A stretch of DNA of 30,896 nt from an uncultured bacterium (GCA_964464265.1 CAYXFJ010000001.1:3377-34272), one strand, 5' to 3'; shown: positions 8,907 through 18,090, counted from the stretch's first letter. Notes: generated by a model from the sequence alone, not told the origin. Numbers and translations: made by a program.

Positions 8907-9886
8907 TTCAAAAGCCCCTGTTCTTTATACCATTCTGCCGTTCTCCTGAGGCCGGTACGCAGGTCCACCCGGGGATTGTATCCCAGCCTCTGTCTTGCCT
9001 TGCTGATATCAAACGCCCTGTCCTTGATGAAGAAATCCACGCGTCTCCTGTATATCGGCGGACTGAGGTGCAGAGGACGGAATGCAAATTCGCACATAGC
9101 ACCGGCCAGCCATAGCGGCCACGCCGGGAAATGGCGCCTGGATAACTTTACACCGAGCACTTCAGCCACTATTTGAGCCCACTCATCCAGAGTGGTGTAT
9201 TCACTCCCTGCAAGGGTAAAGATCTCGCCCTCAATGCCCGGAGTTGTGCCAGTCAGGAGGATCCCTTCTATCAGATCATCAATGTACGTCAGATGGTAGA
9301 GCACCTTCCCGGATCCGAACATGCGGAAACTTCCCTTAGCGATGTGCCGGAAAAATTTGAGGAACCGGGTATCTCCCGGACCGTATATTCCCACAGGCCG
9401 GAAAATCACCACAGGCAGGCCTTTTTTATAATAATCCAGCGCGAGGAGTTCTCCCTCCATCTTGGAGGTCTGATAGTAATCCCCCGGATTATACGGCGCA
9501 TCCTCCTTTGCAGGAGGATGGCTGATATGCCCCTGAACGCCCACAGTACTGCAGTGAACAAAACGTTTCACAGATGCGGCCATCGAGGCATCGAGGAGAT
9601 TGCCCGTACCCGTGACGTTCACATCCCAGAATGTCTTCTTGGGGATATTTTCTTCACGCCAGACAGCCGCAATGTGGTAAACCGTCTCCACTCCCCGGAC
9701 TGCGGATTCCAGAGATGCCCGGTCCTTTAGATCCCCCCGGACAATCTTCATCCCGAGCTGTTCCAGAGTCCCCGCATCCATACCTGGAAGGACGAGCCCC
9801 CTGACCGTATGCCCTTCTTTTAAAAGCCTTCTGGCCAGATATCCGCCGGTGAATCCTGCGGCTCCTGTAACCAGCACTTCACTCAT
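8903..9886 (-). CDS. NAD-dependent epimerase/dehydratase family extended SDR (HpnA/3-beta-HSD-like subgroup)
   Basis: 327 aa; GAAGFTGG, HCST, YQTSK (YxxxK), RPVGIYGPGD; ATGA overlap with the GlpD-like gene. Confidence 0.9.
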   Translation of the reverse strand: MSEVLVTGAAGFTGGYLARRLLKEGHTVRGLVLPGMDAGTLEQLGMKIVRGDLKDRASLESAVRGVETVYHIAAVWREENIPKKTFWDVNVTGTGNLLDASMAASVKRFVHCSTVGVQGHISHPPAKEDAPYNPGDYYQTSKMEGELLALDYYKKGLPVVIFRPVGIYGPGDTRFLKFFRHIAKGSFRMFGSGKVLYHLTYIDDLIEGILLTGTTPGIEGEIFTLAGSEYTTLDEWAQIVAEVLGVKLSRRHFPAWPLWLAGAMCEFAFRPLHLSPPIYRRRVDFFIKDRAFDISKARQRLGYNPRVDLRTGLRRTAEWYKEQGLLN

Positions 9887-11571
9887 GGCATCCTCCTCGA
9901 TCCGGGTTGATAGATGATTTTTACATCATCGATTTCCTGCTCGAGGCGCTTCCTGTCCCACCCCAGCTCTCTGGCCATGACCCGACCGCAAGCCCTGAGT
10001 GCCTCGTCACCCGGCGGACCGGAGGAGCCGAGATCCGTCCGGCGCAGCACTGTATCCCTGAGGGTGACCGCCATTTCATTATGCACAGCATGATAAATTT
10101 CTGCCAGAAGAACTTCCGAATCTTTCGAAACCCGTCTCCGCGCGTCAGGCTTCTTTGCTGTCCAGGCCAGCACCTCCGGGTAGTTAGATCCGTAATGGAT
10201 TACAAGACGCTTCATCTGGGACGGCTCAAGTCCTTTCCTGTTTTCTTTTTCCGTTGCACTTTCCTCCAGATCCCCCAACCTCGCAATATTTCCTCCATCC
10301 AGGGGTGTCACCCGGGAACGCGAACGGCTCTCGCCCTTTCCCAGTTTTTTCACGGCCAGATCCACTGTCTTTTCCGCAACATCTCTCGCCGTTGTATACT
10401 TCACCCCGATGACGCTGATCAGACCCTCGAGCTTGTCCTGCAGGCCGTGATCGCGGATGCTGTAGTGTTTGGTCAGTCTGACTTCCCCGGTATCCGCATT
10501 CACCCCTTCCATGGGCAGGAAACCCTTGTGAAAGAAAGAAATGTCCTCTCTCTTTACCGGATCGGCCGGCACTGCACTGTTCACATCTTTCAGAAAATCC
10601 TCTATCTCGTTCTCCGTCACCCGCAGATCATCCGGATTGCCGTCATACGGCCTGTGATAGGTTCCGATCAAAGTCTTGTCATTCCAGGGAGTCAGAAACA
10701 GCACCCTTCTGCCGTTATACATGCTCCCGTCGGGTCTGGTATAGGTAAAAGATCCATTCACGCCTGCCGCGTAATCGGGCAGCATCTTTTTGTTCACAAC
10801 AAGGTTCATGGCAGTCGAGAGTTTGACACAGCCGGAATGACGGCCCGCATCGTCCAGAATCCTGTCCACCCACCCTCCTGAAGCATTGATCACCAGATCC
10901 GCCTGGATATCAAGAGGCTGACTTGAAAGGAGGTCCAGAGCCTTAACGCCTTTTATCCTGCCGTTTTCCCTGATGAAGCCTGCAGCCTTCACGTAATTGG
11001 CGACCACGGCTCCTCCGTTGGAAGCTGAAAGAACAAAAGAGAGGAGCAGGCGGTCGCTGTTAAGCATCTGTGCATCCGTCCATACCACTCCGCCGGTCAC
11101 CCGGTTCCCGTCCAGTCCGGGAATGAGCCTCATACACTCCGCTCTGGATATGATCCTTCCTGCCGGTATTTTCTTTTCAGGATCTGCCCCACGGTTCCTG
11201 TCGAAACTGATGATATCGTTCATGATCATACCGGCCTGCATGACCAGAGGCCCCTTCATAAGATACCCGTATGTGGGCATGACGCAGGTAAGAGGATGTA
11301 TGAGATGCGGGGCAATGCGCATGAGGATCGTTCGTTCCCTGATGGATTCCCTCATCCGTTTGAAATCCAGGGTCTGAAGATACCGCAAACCGCCATGCAC
11401 GATCTTCAGGCTGTTCGCAGTGGTTGCACTCCCGAAATCCCCCTTGTCGATCAGAGCTACCGAAAGTCCTCTCAGGGTTGCGTCCCATGCTATGGCTGCT
11501 CCGTAAATTCCAGCTCCCACAATGACCAGATCGAACTTACGATCCGACAGCGAAATGATATCTCTTTCCAT
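9883..11571 (-). CDS. GlpD-like FAD-dependent oxidoreductase (glycerol-3-phosphate dehydrogenase/oxidase family, probably different substrate)
   Basis: FDLVIVGAGIYGAAIAWDATLRGLSVALIDKGDFG, KIVHGGLRYL, VINASGGW, VKYTTAR, EMAVTLRDTVLRRT. Start MERD (11571) chosen by family resemblance; the track start is 11628. Confidence 0.85.
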   Translation of the reverse strand: MERDIISLSDRKFDLVIVGAGIYGAAIAWDATLRGLSVALIDKGDFGSATTANSLKIVHGGLRYLQTLDFKRMRESIRERTILMRIAPHLIHPLTCVMPTYGYLMKGPLVMQAGMIMNDIISFDRNRGADPEKKIPAGRIISRAECMRLIPGLDGNRVTGGVVWTDAQMLNSDRLLLSFVLSASNGGAVVANYVKAAGFIRENGRIKGVKALDLLSSQPLDIQADLVINASGGWVDRILDDAGRHSGCVKLSTAMNLVVNKKMLPDYAAGVNGSFTYTRPDGSMYNGRRVLFLTPWNDKTLIGTYHRPYDGNPDDLRVTENEIEDFLKDVNSAVPADPVKREDISFFHKGFLPMEGVNADTGEVRLTKHYSIRDHGLQDKLEGLISVIGVKYTTARDVAEKTVDLAVKKLGKGESRSRSRVTPLDGGNIARLGDLEESATEKENRKGLEPSQMKRLVIHYGSNYPEVLAWTAKKPDARRRVSKDSEVLLAEIYHAVHNEMAVTLRDTVLRRTDLGSSGPPGDEALRACGRVMARELGWDRKRLEQEIDDVKIIYQPGSRRMP

Positions 11572-11642
11572 TTTGACATCCAGATTTTTTTGATCCGTGA
11601 AATTTTCTCTCCGCCCCGCTCCACTCATGCAGGACCCGGGCG

Positions 11643-12461
11643 CTATACCCCTTTTTCAGCCCACGCCATAAGATGCCAACCGGTTTTCCGGGTCATTGCT
11701 CTGGGAATGATATTGAATCCCCCGACAAAAAAAGTGTTGAAGAAAAATCCCTTGACACCTTTATGAAGCCTTGATTTCACAGGAAACCTCTCCGGCCTGA
11801 TCTTTACAGAGGAAAAACCGGAGAGCATATTCCTGAACTCGGCAATGGTATACTTCTCGAGTACGGGCGCATCCGCATGCTCCAGCCCGACTTTGAAAAA
11901 ACGGGACATGACATTCAGCCATCCCTTCCTGTTGTACACCATGGCAATGAAAATCCCGCCGGGTCTGAGCACTCTGAAAACCTCGTTCACCATGGCCTGA
12001 GCATTGGCTGTATACTGCAGCACACCGTGAGCGTAAACCACATCGAAATGATTGTCGGGAAATTCCAGTGCCTCTCCGTTCATCACCCGCAGGTTTGCCT
12101 TCAGGCCTTCATGGGCAAAATACTGTCCGGCCAGGCGAATCGCTGTTTCTGACAGATCCACACCGGTGACATCCGCTCCGCCCCTGGCAAACCTGACCAG
12201 GTCGACCCCTGTTCCGCATCCGATCTCAAGGAGCTTTTTGCCCGGATATCCCGAAAAATTGACGACACGCGGCAGGTATCTCAGTTTATCAAACCTGTAT
12301 TCATCCAGATCCCTGAAAAATCCCGGAGTTCCGACCGGATGTTTGACGATTTCGAGATCGTGTATCCGCTCGTTCCAGTAGTTTTTGATTTCAGCGATGA
12401 GCTTTTCGTTGCTTTTTTGTTCTTCCATTCTCCATCCTTTCCCTGGCCGATCCTCTTTCAT
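11643..12461 (-). CDS. Class I SAM-dependent methyltransferase
   Basis: LLEIGCGTGVD (motif I), VTGVDLS, NGEALEFPDNHFDVVYAHGVL, RVLRPGG. ATG 12461 overlaps the asnB stop (ATGA); ATG 12428 with AAGGA is an equally plausible start. Confidence 0.9.
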   Translation of the reverse strand: MKEDRPGKGWRMEEQKSNEKLIAEIKNYWNERIHDLEIVKHPVGTPGFFRDLDEYRFDKLRYLPRVVNFSGYPGKKLLEIGCGTGVDLVRFARGGADVTGVDLSETAIRLAGQYFAHEGLKANLRVMNGEALEFPDNHFDVVYAHGVLQYTANAQAMVNEVFRVLRPGGIFIAMVYNRKGWLNVMSRFFKVGLEHADAPVLEKYTIAEFRNMLSGFSSVKIRPERFPVKSRLHKGVKGFFFNTFFVGGFNIIPRAMTRKTGWHLMAWAEKGV

Positions 12462-14338
12462 GCAGGTTTTCCGTAAAGTTCATACCATTGTTCAAACACC
12501 ATGAGCGCCCAGAGAAGATGACTGTGGTTCCTGAGCCCCTTAAGATGTTCATCCATCAGTTTGGAAACATGCTTCGCCTGAAAAAATCCCTGCTGCCTGA
12601 TCCTCTTCTCTGAAAGAAGATCCAGCATCATATCCCTGAGATCCGTCCGTATCCAGTTCTTGATAGGAATGCTGAATCCCTGCTTATCCCTTTTCTGCAC
12701 CTCGACAGGCAAAGCATTCCAGAAGGTTTTTTTCAGAAGGATCTTGGTGTCAAATCCCTTCATCTTAAAATCCGGAGGCAGGGAAAAAACGAACTCCACG
12801 ATCCGGTGGTCGAGGTACGGCACCCGCGCTTCAAGCGACGTGGCCATGGACATCCGGTCCACTTTCACGAGGATGTCGTCCACCAGATAGGTTTTGACAT
12901 CGACATAGCCTGTACGCGTCACATCATCAAGCCCTTCCACAGAACGGCTGTGCCGGAAAATGAAATCGTACGGTTCTTCATCGATCGAAGCAAGACAGTC
13001 AGGAGTAAGAAGCGCTTCCCTTCCCTCTGAGTTTAAAAATACCATCCACCGGGCATGAGCGAGCTCTTTTGGAAGTCTCGTGCCCTCAATGAAGCGCTTG
13101 AAACTGTTCACCATCCCTTTCTTCTTTTCCGTAGGGGGGAAACGGTCTGCCATGCCGCCGATCCCCTTCTTCACCAGCTTCGGCAGCCTGTGGTAAAACC
13201 TTCTGTCGAAACGGTGTGCCCGGTATGTATCGTATCCCGCGAACAGCTCGTCTCCGCCGTCCCCGGAAAGCGTGACGGTCACGTAGTCCCTGGCCATTTT
13301 CGAAACAAGATAGGTCGGGAATATGGAGAAATCCCCGAAAGGCTCGTCGAGATGTTTCACCAGTTTTTCGGTCAGTTCAAGGGCTTTGGCTTCTATCATG
13401 AATTCATAATGTTCCGTGTGGTATTTCTCTGCAACCGAACGGGCGTATTTGAGCTCATTGTAAGTGGATTCCTTGAATCCGATTGAGAAGGTTTTGACAG
13501 GTCTGTCCATGAGCTGTGCCATTTGCGAAACCAGGATAGAGGAATCGATACCGCCGGAGAGGAACGCCCCCAGAGGGACATCCGAGATCAGACGGTAGCG
13601 CACCGCATCTTTCAACAGTTCAGAGAGATGGTCGGAAGCATCCTGAAAACGCCAGGGCTTCTCCTCCGGTCTGAGTTCCCAGTAAGCCTGCGTCCGGCAT
13701 TTTCCATTCTCCATGACCAGCGTATGTCCGGGTTCGAGTTTCCGGATCTCTTTAAATATGGAACGCGGAGAGGCAATATATTCGAATGTCAGGTAGTTGT
13801 TCAGGGCGTTGATATCCAGATTCCTGTGCACGTCCGGACATTGCAGTATGGCTTTGATCTCGGATCCGAACACCAGCTTTTCGTCATCTTCATAGTAGTA
13901 AACCGGTTTGATTCCCAGACGGTCCCTTGCGAGAACCAGCCTTTTCTTTCCGGAATCCCATATGGCGAAACCGAACATCCCGTTCAGCCTCTGGCATACA
14001 AGTTCCCCCCATTCCTCATACCCGTGCACGATAGATTCGGTGTCACTTTTAGTCGCAAAACGATGCCCCTTCTGTTCAAGCTCCCCGCGTATCTCCTGAA
14101 AATTATAGATCTCTCCGTTGAACACGATCCATACGGTCGTGTCTTCATTGGAAAGAGGCTGATCACCGGTGACCAGATCAATGATCGAAAGCCTGCGCAT
14201 ACCAAGCCCTGCCGGCCCGAGTATTTTCTGCCCTTCAGCATCCGGTCCCCTGTGCCTGAGAGTGTCGCACATACGCCTGAGATCGCCCATCTCAGGCTGT
14301 CTCTTGTCTTTGTAAACAATCCCGCAAATACCGCACAT
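12458..14338 (-). CDS. asnB: Asparagine synthase (glutamine-hydrolysing) family amidotransferase, polysaccharide-locus type
   Basis: 626 aa; N-terminal MCGICG nucleophile, HRGPD, RRLSIIDL, FNGEIYN, LSGGIDSS, LSGDGGDELFAGY, KVDRMSMATSLEARVPYLD. Confidence 0.95.
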   Translation of the reverse strand: MCGICGIVYKDKRQPEMGDLRRMCDTLRHRGPDAEGQKILGPAGLGMRRLSIIDLVTGDQPLSNEDTTVWIVFNGEIYNFQEIRGELEQKGHRFATKSDTESIVHGYEEWGELVCQRLNGMFGFAIWDSGKKRLVLARDRLGIKPVYYYEDDEKLVFGSEIKAILQCPDVHRNLDINALNNYLTFEYIASPRSIFKEIRKLEPGHTLVMENGKCRTQAYWELRPEEKPWRFQDASDHLSELLKDAVRYRLISDVPLGAFLSGGIDSSILVSQMAQLMDRPVKTFSIGFKESTYNELKYARSVAEKYHTEHYEFMIEAKALELTEKLVKHLDEPFGDFSIFPTYLVSKMARDYVTVTLSGDGGDELFAGYDTYRAHRFDRRFYHRLPKLVKKGIGGMADRFPPTEKKKGMVNSFKRFIEGTRLPKELAHARWMVFLNSEGREALLTPDCLASIDEEPYDFIFRHSRSVEGLDDVTRTGYVDVKTYLVDDILVKVDRMSMATSLEARVPYLDHRIVEFVFSLPPDFKMKGFDTKILLKKTFWNALPVEVQKRDKQGFSIPIKNWIRTDLRDMMLDLLSEKRIRQQGFFQAKHVSKLMDEHLKGLRNHSHLLWALMVFEQWYELYGKPA

Positions 14339-14340
14339 CT

Positions 14341-15516
14341 TCAGACCCCTCTCTCCATAGCGTTATCGATCGCTTTTCCTAAACGATCCAGATAAACCGC
14401 ATAACTGTACCGGCTGCCGGCAAGCTTCTTCGCGCTGACAGCCCATTTCCTCGCCCTGGACGGCGACCGCAGCACAGTGAGCATACCCTGGGCCAGACCT
14501 TCCGGTGTGGGTTCCACGAGGCAGGCGACTTCATCGTTCAGCACCTGGGTATGGGTGAGAAGACGCGTTGCAACAATGGGTACACCCGAGCGAAGATAAC
14601 TGTACAGCTTCAGGGGCGTATTGGTACCGGAAATTCTGGGAGATAAAAGTATTTCCTCAATATTGATATAACTCGAGACCTCCTGAGGCAGCACCTGTCC
14701 TGTAAAAATGAAATAACCGTCCAGTCCGAGTTCATGAACCCTGTTTTTATAATGTGCGACCTGTTCGGGATGTCCTCCCACCAGAACAAAACAGATGCCC
14801 GGCTCATTTTGAGAAACACCTGCTGCGCTCTGGATCAGCATATCGATCCCCTGATACGGCTCGAAAGTGCCAGCATAAAGGGCGACCCTGCGGCCTTTCA
14901 ATCCCAGATCAGCGCGAATCTCTCCTGAACGGTCCTCTTCACCGAAAATCATTCCGTAATCAATGACATTCTCGATCATCACGGAATCCCGTTCAGGAAA
15001 AAGTGACCTGACGTGCTTTTCGAGATCCGGACAGATAGTAATGACCTGGCTGGAGTATTTCAGTATCCACCTTTCGAGACTCTCGAAAAGACGGAAGAGA
15101 ATCCTGGAATTGCTGAAACGGAAATTTTTCAGCTGCTGGGGAAGGCTCGAATGCATATCGTAAATATGGGGGATACCCATCATGCGCGAAAGTGGAACAC
15201 CCCAGAAACCGGCTTCCTCATGCGTATGAATCAGATCATACCGTTTTTTAAAAAGCTGAATGACCGTCCTGAAGAACAGAAGGAGATCGAGCGGGATCTT
15301 TGCCGGGGAAGGACCGATTTTCACCCTGCGCACACCTGGGACAGCGGGGATTCGCAGAAAGCGGACATCCGGCACATTCACCGGCTGGCCCATGGGGTAT
15401 GTTACAAGGTCAACGGCATGTCCCATATCCGAGAGGGCTTTCAGCCTTCCCACGACACTCATAGGGGTTCCCCGGGGCTCAAAGACAGGCTCCGGAGCGA
15501 TCATTAACACTCTCAT
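14341..15516 (-). CDS. GT4-family glycosyltransferase (TNTPLK subgroup, no EX7E)
   Basis: MRVLMIAPEPVFEPRGTP, IHTHEE, YDMHS, YAGTFEPYQGIDML, SPRISGTNTPLKLYSYLRSGVPIVAT. Start set at ATG 15516; the track's 15627 extension lies in the structured intergenic region. Confidence 0.88.
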   Translation of the reverse strand: MRVLMIAPEPVFEPRGTPMSVVGRLKALSDMGHAVDLVTYPMGQPVNVPDVRFLRIPAVPGVRRVKIGPSPAKIPLDLLLFFRTVIQLFKKRYDLIHTHEEAGFWGVPLSRMMGIPHIYDMHSSLPQQLKNFRFSNSRILFRLFESLERWILKYSSQVITICPDLEKHVRSLFPERDSVMIENVIDYGMIFGEEDRSGEIRADLGLKGRRVALYAGTFEPYQGIDMLIQSAAGVSQNEPGICFVLVGGHPEQVAHYKNRVHELGLDGYFIFTGQVLPQEVSSYINIEEILLSPRISGTNTPLKLYSYLRSGVPIVATRLLTHTQVLNDEVACLVEPTPEGLAQGMLTVLRSPSRARKWAVSAKKLAGSRYSYAVYLDRLGKAIDNAMERGV

Positions 15517-15580
15517 CCTTACACTCATTCGATGATGAACAGGAATTTCCAAAAAGCAGCCTTTATTCTGGATGGATTTA

Positions 15581-15672
15581 TCGACCGGCCGGGAGTGCGG
15601 TTCAGGCTCGCACTCTCCGGCGCGCATGTGGCGTACATGCGGTATTACTGAACGACCTTTTCATGCGGTCGA
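15581..15672 (-). other. Structured intergenic element (nested and alternative stems) between the priming transferase and GT4
   Basis: Stems read directly: 12 bp with one bulge (15588-15621), 7 bp (15623-15641), 5 bp (15653-15671) and a 7-bp closing stem (15581-15587 with 15666-15672). No U-tract. Confidence 0.5.
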
Positions 15673-15681
15673 AAGAGAGGA

Positions 15682-17139
15682 TCAGGCAGCACCGTATCCG
15701 GTCAAAACCACAAAAATAGTCCGGAACATTAATTTGAAATCCAGCCAAAGTGAAAAATTATCGATGTACTTGAGATCCATTTCCATCCATTTTTCGAAAT
15801 CGATCTTGTTCCGGCCGCTGACCTGCCATATACAGGTAAGTCCGGGCTTCATGCTCAAACGGCGTCTCTGCCATGTTTCATACATATCCACTTCCGCAGG
15901 CAGCGGGGGTCTGGGCCCCACCAGGCTCATGTTCCCCCGGAATACGTTGAACAGCTGGGGTATTTCATCAATGCTCAGTTTGCGCATGAACCGGCCGAAC
16001 GAGGTGACCCGGGGATCGTGCTTCATCTTAAAAACAGGCCCGTTCATCTCGTTTTGACGCTCCAGTTCCTTTTTTCGCATATCAGAACCAACGAACATGG
16101 ACCGGAACTTGTAAAGTGTAAACGTGCGGCCATTCATGCCGCAGCGTATTTGCTTGTAGAACAGAGGACCCCTCGAGGAAACTGCGATACCGATAATGGA
16201 TATCAGGAATACCGGAGAAAGCAATAGGATACCCAATAGAGCGATCACAACATCAAGCACGCGTTTCAGGAACAGCTGCCATTCTTTTGCGATGGAGGTC
16301 TGGAACATGATCAGGGGAATACCGGCGAAATCCGTCTGCTGCATCCTTGCAAGTTTGGGCTTGTACAGATCCACGGACACAGCCGTAACGATACCCTCTC
16401 TTTCGCAATGGTAAATAGCCTCCTCAATACGGTTGAGCCAGAGGCGGGGTACAACAAAAATAATCCTGTCAATGACATTTTCCCTTACGATACGCGGGAT
16501 ATCCCTGATCCTCCCGATCACCTCATAATCCATGATCCGTTTTCCGAGCAGTTTCGGATCGTCATCGATCAGGCCTACGATACGAAGCCCCCAGTTGGAA
16601 TGAGCCTTCACAGCCTGAATGAAATCTGTCGATCTCCTTCCTGTTCCCACTACAAGCATGTTTGTGAGATTGTAACCCTGCCTGAAAGCGTAGTCCAGTA
16701 TCCATCTCCAGCACATCTTATCCACGCTGAGGCCTACAAATGCCGAAGCAGCAAATATGGCGACATAGAGCCGGCTCGTCAGAGTCATTTTCAGTAAAAA
16801 GACCACACTTCCCAGTACGAGAATCGAAACCAGTCCGGTTCTCAGGACACGCCATATAATCTCGATCAGGAGCTTGGTCCTGAAATTTTCGTATACACCA
16901 TCCATGGACATCAGATAGACCCAGGCCGGAACCGTGATGAAGACAAGCCAGATCATATTGCTCAGGAACCGGAAAGAAGCGCCCAGTGAAAAATCCGATG
17001 CAAAAGCGAGTTCACCGAGGTCGAGATACTGCTTCACACCCAGTGTTATGAAATATGCGGCAAAGAAAGATATGGCGATGACAGCAGTATCCGTGATCTT
17101 CATCAGGCGGATAATGAACAGTTCTTTTTCCCTGACCAT
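15682..17139 (-). CDS. Undecaprenyl-phosphate sugar-1-phosphate transferase (priming PGT, WcaJ/WbaP-like)
   Basis: 485 aa; four N-terminal TM segments, Rossmann-like VVGTG...VGLIDDD domain, C-terminal FTLYKFRSM, DPRVT, SIDEIPQLFNV, MSLVGPRP, KPGLTCIWQVSGR, DLKYI. Sugar specificity not assignable by eye. Confidence 0.95.
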   Translation of the reverse strand: MVREKELFIIRLMKITDTAVIAISFFAAYFITLGVKQYLDLGELAFASDFSLGASFRFLSNMIWLVFITVPAWVYLMSMDGVYENFRTKLLIEIIWRVLRTGLVSILVLGSVVFLLKMTLTSRLYVAIFAASAFVGLSVDKMCWRWILDYAFRQGYNLTNMLVVGTGRRSTDFIQAVKAHSNWGLRIVGLIDDDPKLLGKRIMDYEVIGRIRDIPRIVRENVIDRIIFVVPRLWLNRIEEAIYHCEREGIVTAVSVDLYKPKLARMQQTDFAGIPLIMFQTSIAKEWQLFLKRVLDVVIALLGILLLSPVFLISIIGIAVSSRGPLFYKQIRCGMNGRTFTLYKFRSMFVGSDMRKKELERQNEMNGPVFKMKHDPRVTSFGRFMRKLSIDEIPQLFNVFRGNMSLVGPRPPLPAEVDMYETWQRRRLSMKPGLTCIWQVSGRNKIDFEKWMEMDLKYIDNFSLWLDFKLMFRTIFVVLTGYGAA

Positions 17140-17145
17140 ATTTCT

Positions 17146-18090
17146 CTACTTGTTATATTCTTTTAAAAACCATTCCACGAATCCGGGTATCCCCTCCTCT
17201 ACCTGGACCTGAGGATTGTATCCCAGTTCCTCTCTCGCCCTCGAAATATCTGCATAAGTAACCGGGACATCCCCCGGCTGATCCGGAAGCGGCTTGATCT
17301 TCGCTTTCCTGCCCGCGGCTTTCTCGATCCGTCCGATCAGTTCACCCAACTCCGTAGTGCGCGATTCTCCGAGATTATAAATATGATATCCGTTGCACCG
17401 TTTTATCGCTTGATCAATGATATCACTGATATACGTGTAATCCCTGCGGCTGTGACCATCTCCATACAAAGGGATTTCCTTACCCTCGATAATGGCTCTT
17501 GTAAACTTGTGAATGGCCATATCCGGACGCTGGCGGGGTCCATATACGGTAAAAAAACGGAGACACGTAACGGGCATTCCGTAAAGCGAATGATAGGTGT
17601 ACGAAAGTAGTTCGCAGGCCTTTTTCGTGGCAGCGTAGGGCGATACAGGATGATCTACCGGATCCGATTCTGAGAATGGAACCTTCTGGTTCTTTCCATA
17701 AACCGATGAGGAGGAAGCCACAATGAGCTTCCGGATGCGATGCCTGGCACAGAGTTCGAGTATCTGGGCTGTGCCTTCCACATTGACTTTTTGATAAAGA
17801 AGCGGATCCTGAATAGAAGGCCTCACACCGGCACGGGCTGCCAGATGAACGGTGATATCGAATGACTCTTTATCAAAAGTGCGACTCAATGTTTTCCAGT
17901 CTAGTATATCCCCCCTGATCCCTTTGAAGACACTGGACTGCCGGCAGTTCTCGATATTCCGCTCTTTGATTTCAGGATCGTAATAGTCATTAAAATCATC
18001 GTAACAAATAACGTCATGCCCTTTATGTAACAGTCGTTCACACAGATGCGATCCAATGAACCCGGCTCCCCCTGTTACTAAAAAACGCAT
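17146..18090 (-). CDS. NAD-dependent epimerase, UDP-glucuronate 4-epimerase-like
   Basis: 314 aa; GGAGFIGSH, HLAARAGVRPS, ASSSSVYG, PVSPYAATK, LRFFTVYGPRQRPDMA, QPGDVPVTYADI. Confidence 0.88.
   Translation of the reverse strand: MRFLVTGGAGFIGSHLCERLLHKGHDVICYDDFNDYYDPEIKERNIENCRQSSVFKGIRGDILDWKTLSRTFDKESFDITVHLAARAGVRPSIQDPLLYQKVNVEGTAQILELCARHRIRKLIVASSSSVYGKNQKVPFSESDPVDHPVSPYAATKKACELLSYTYHSLYGMPVTCLRFFTVYGPRQRPDMAIHKFTRAIIEGKEIPLYGDGHSRRDYTYISDIIDQAIKRCNGYHIYNLGESRTTELGELIGRIEKAAGRKAKIKPLPDQPGDVPVTYADISRAREELGYNPQVQVEEGIPGFVEWFLKEYNK

Noticed and set aside
9883-11628. Annotation as housekeeping glpD
   Set aside because: Substrate-site motifs diverge and no glycerol uptake or kinase genes are nearby, so no gene symbol was assigned.
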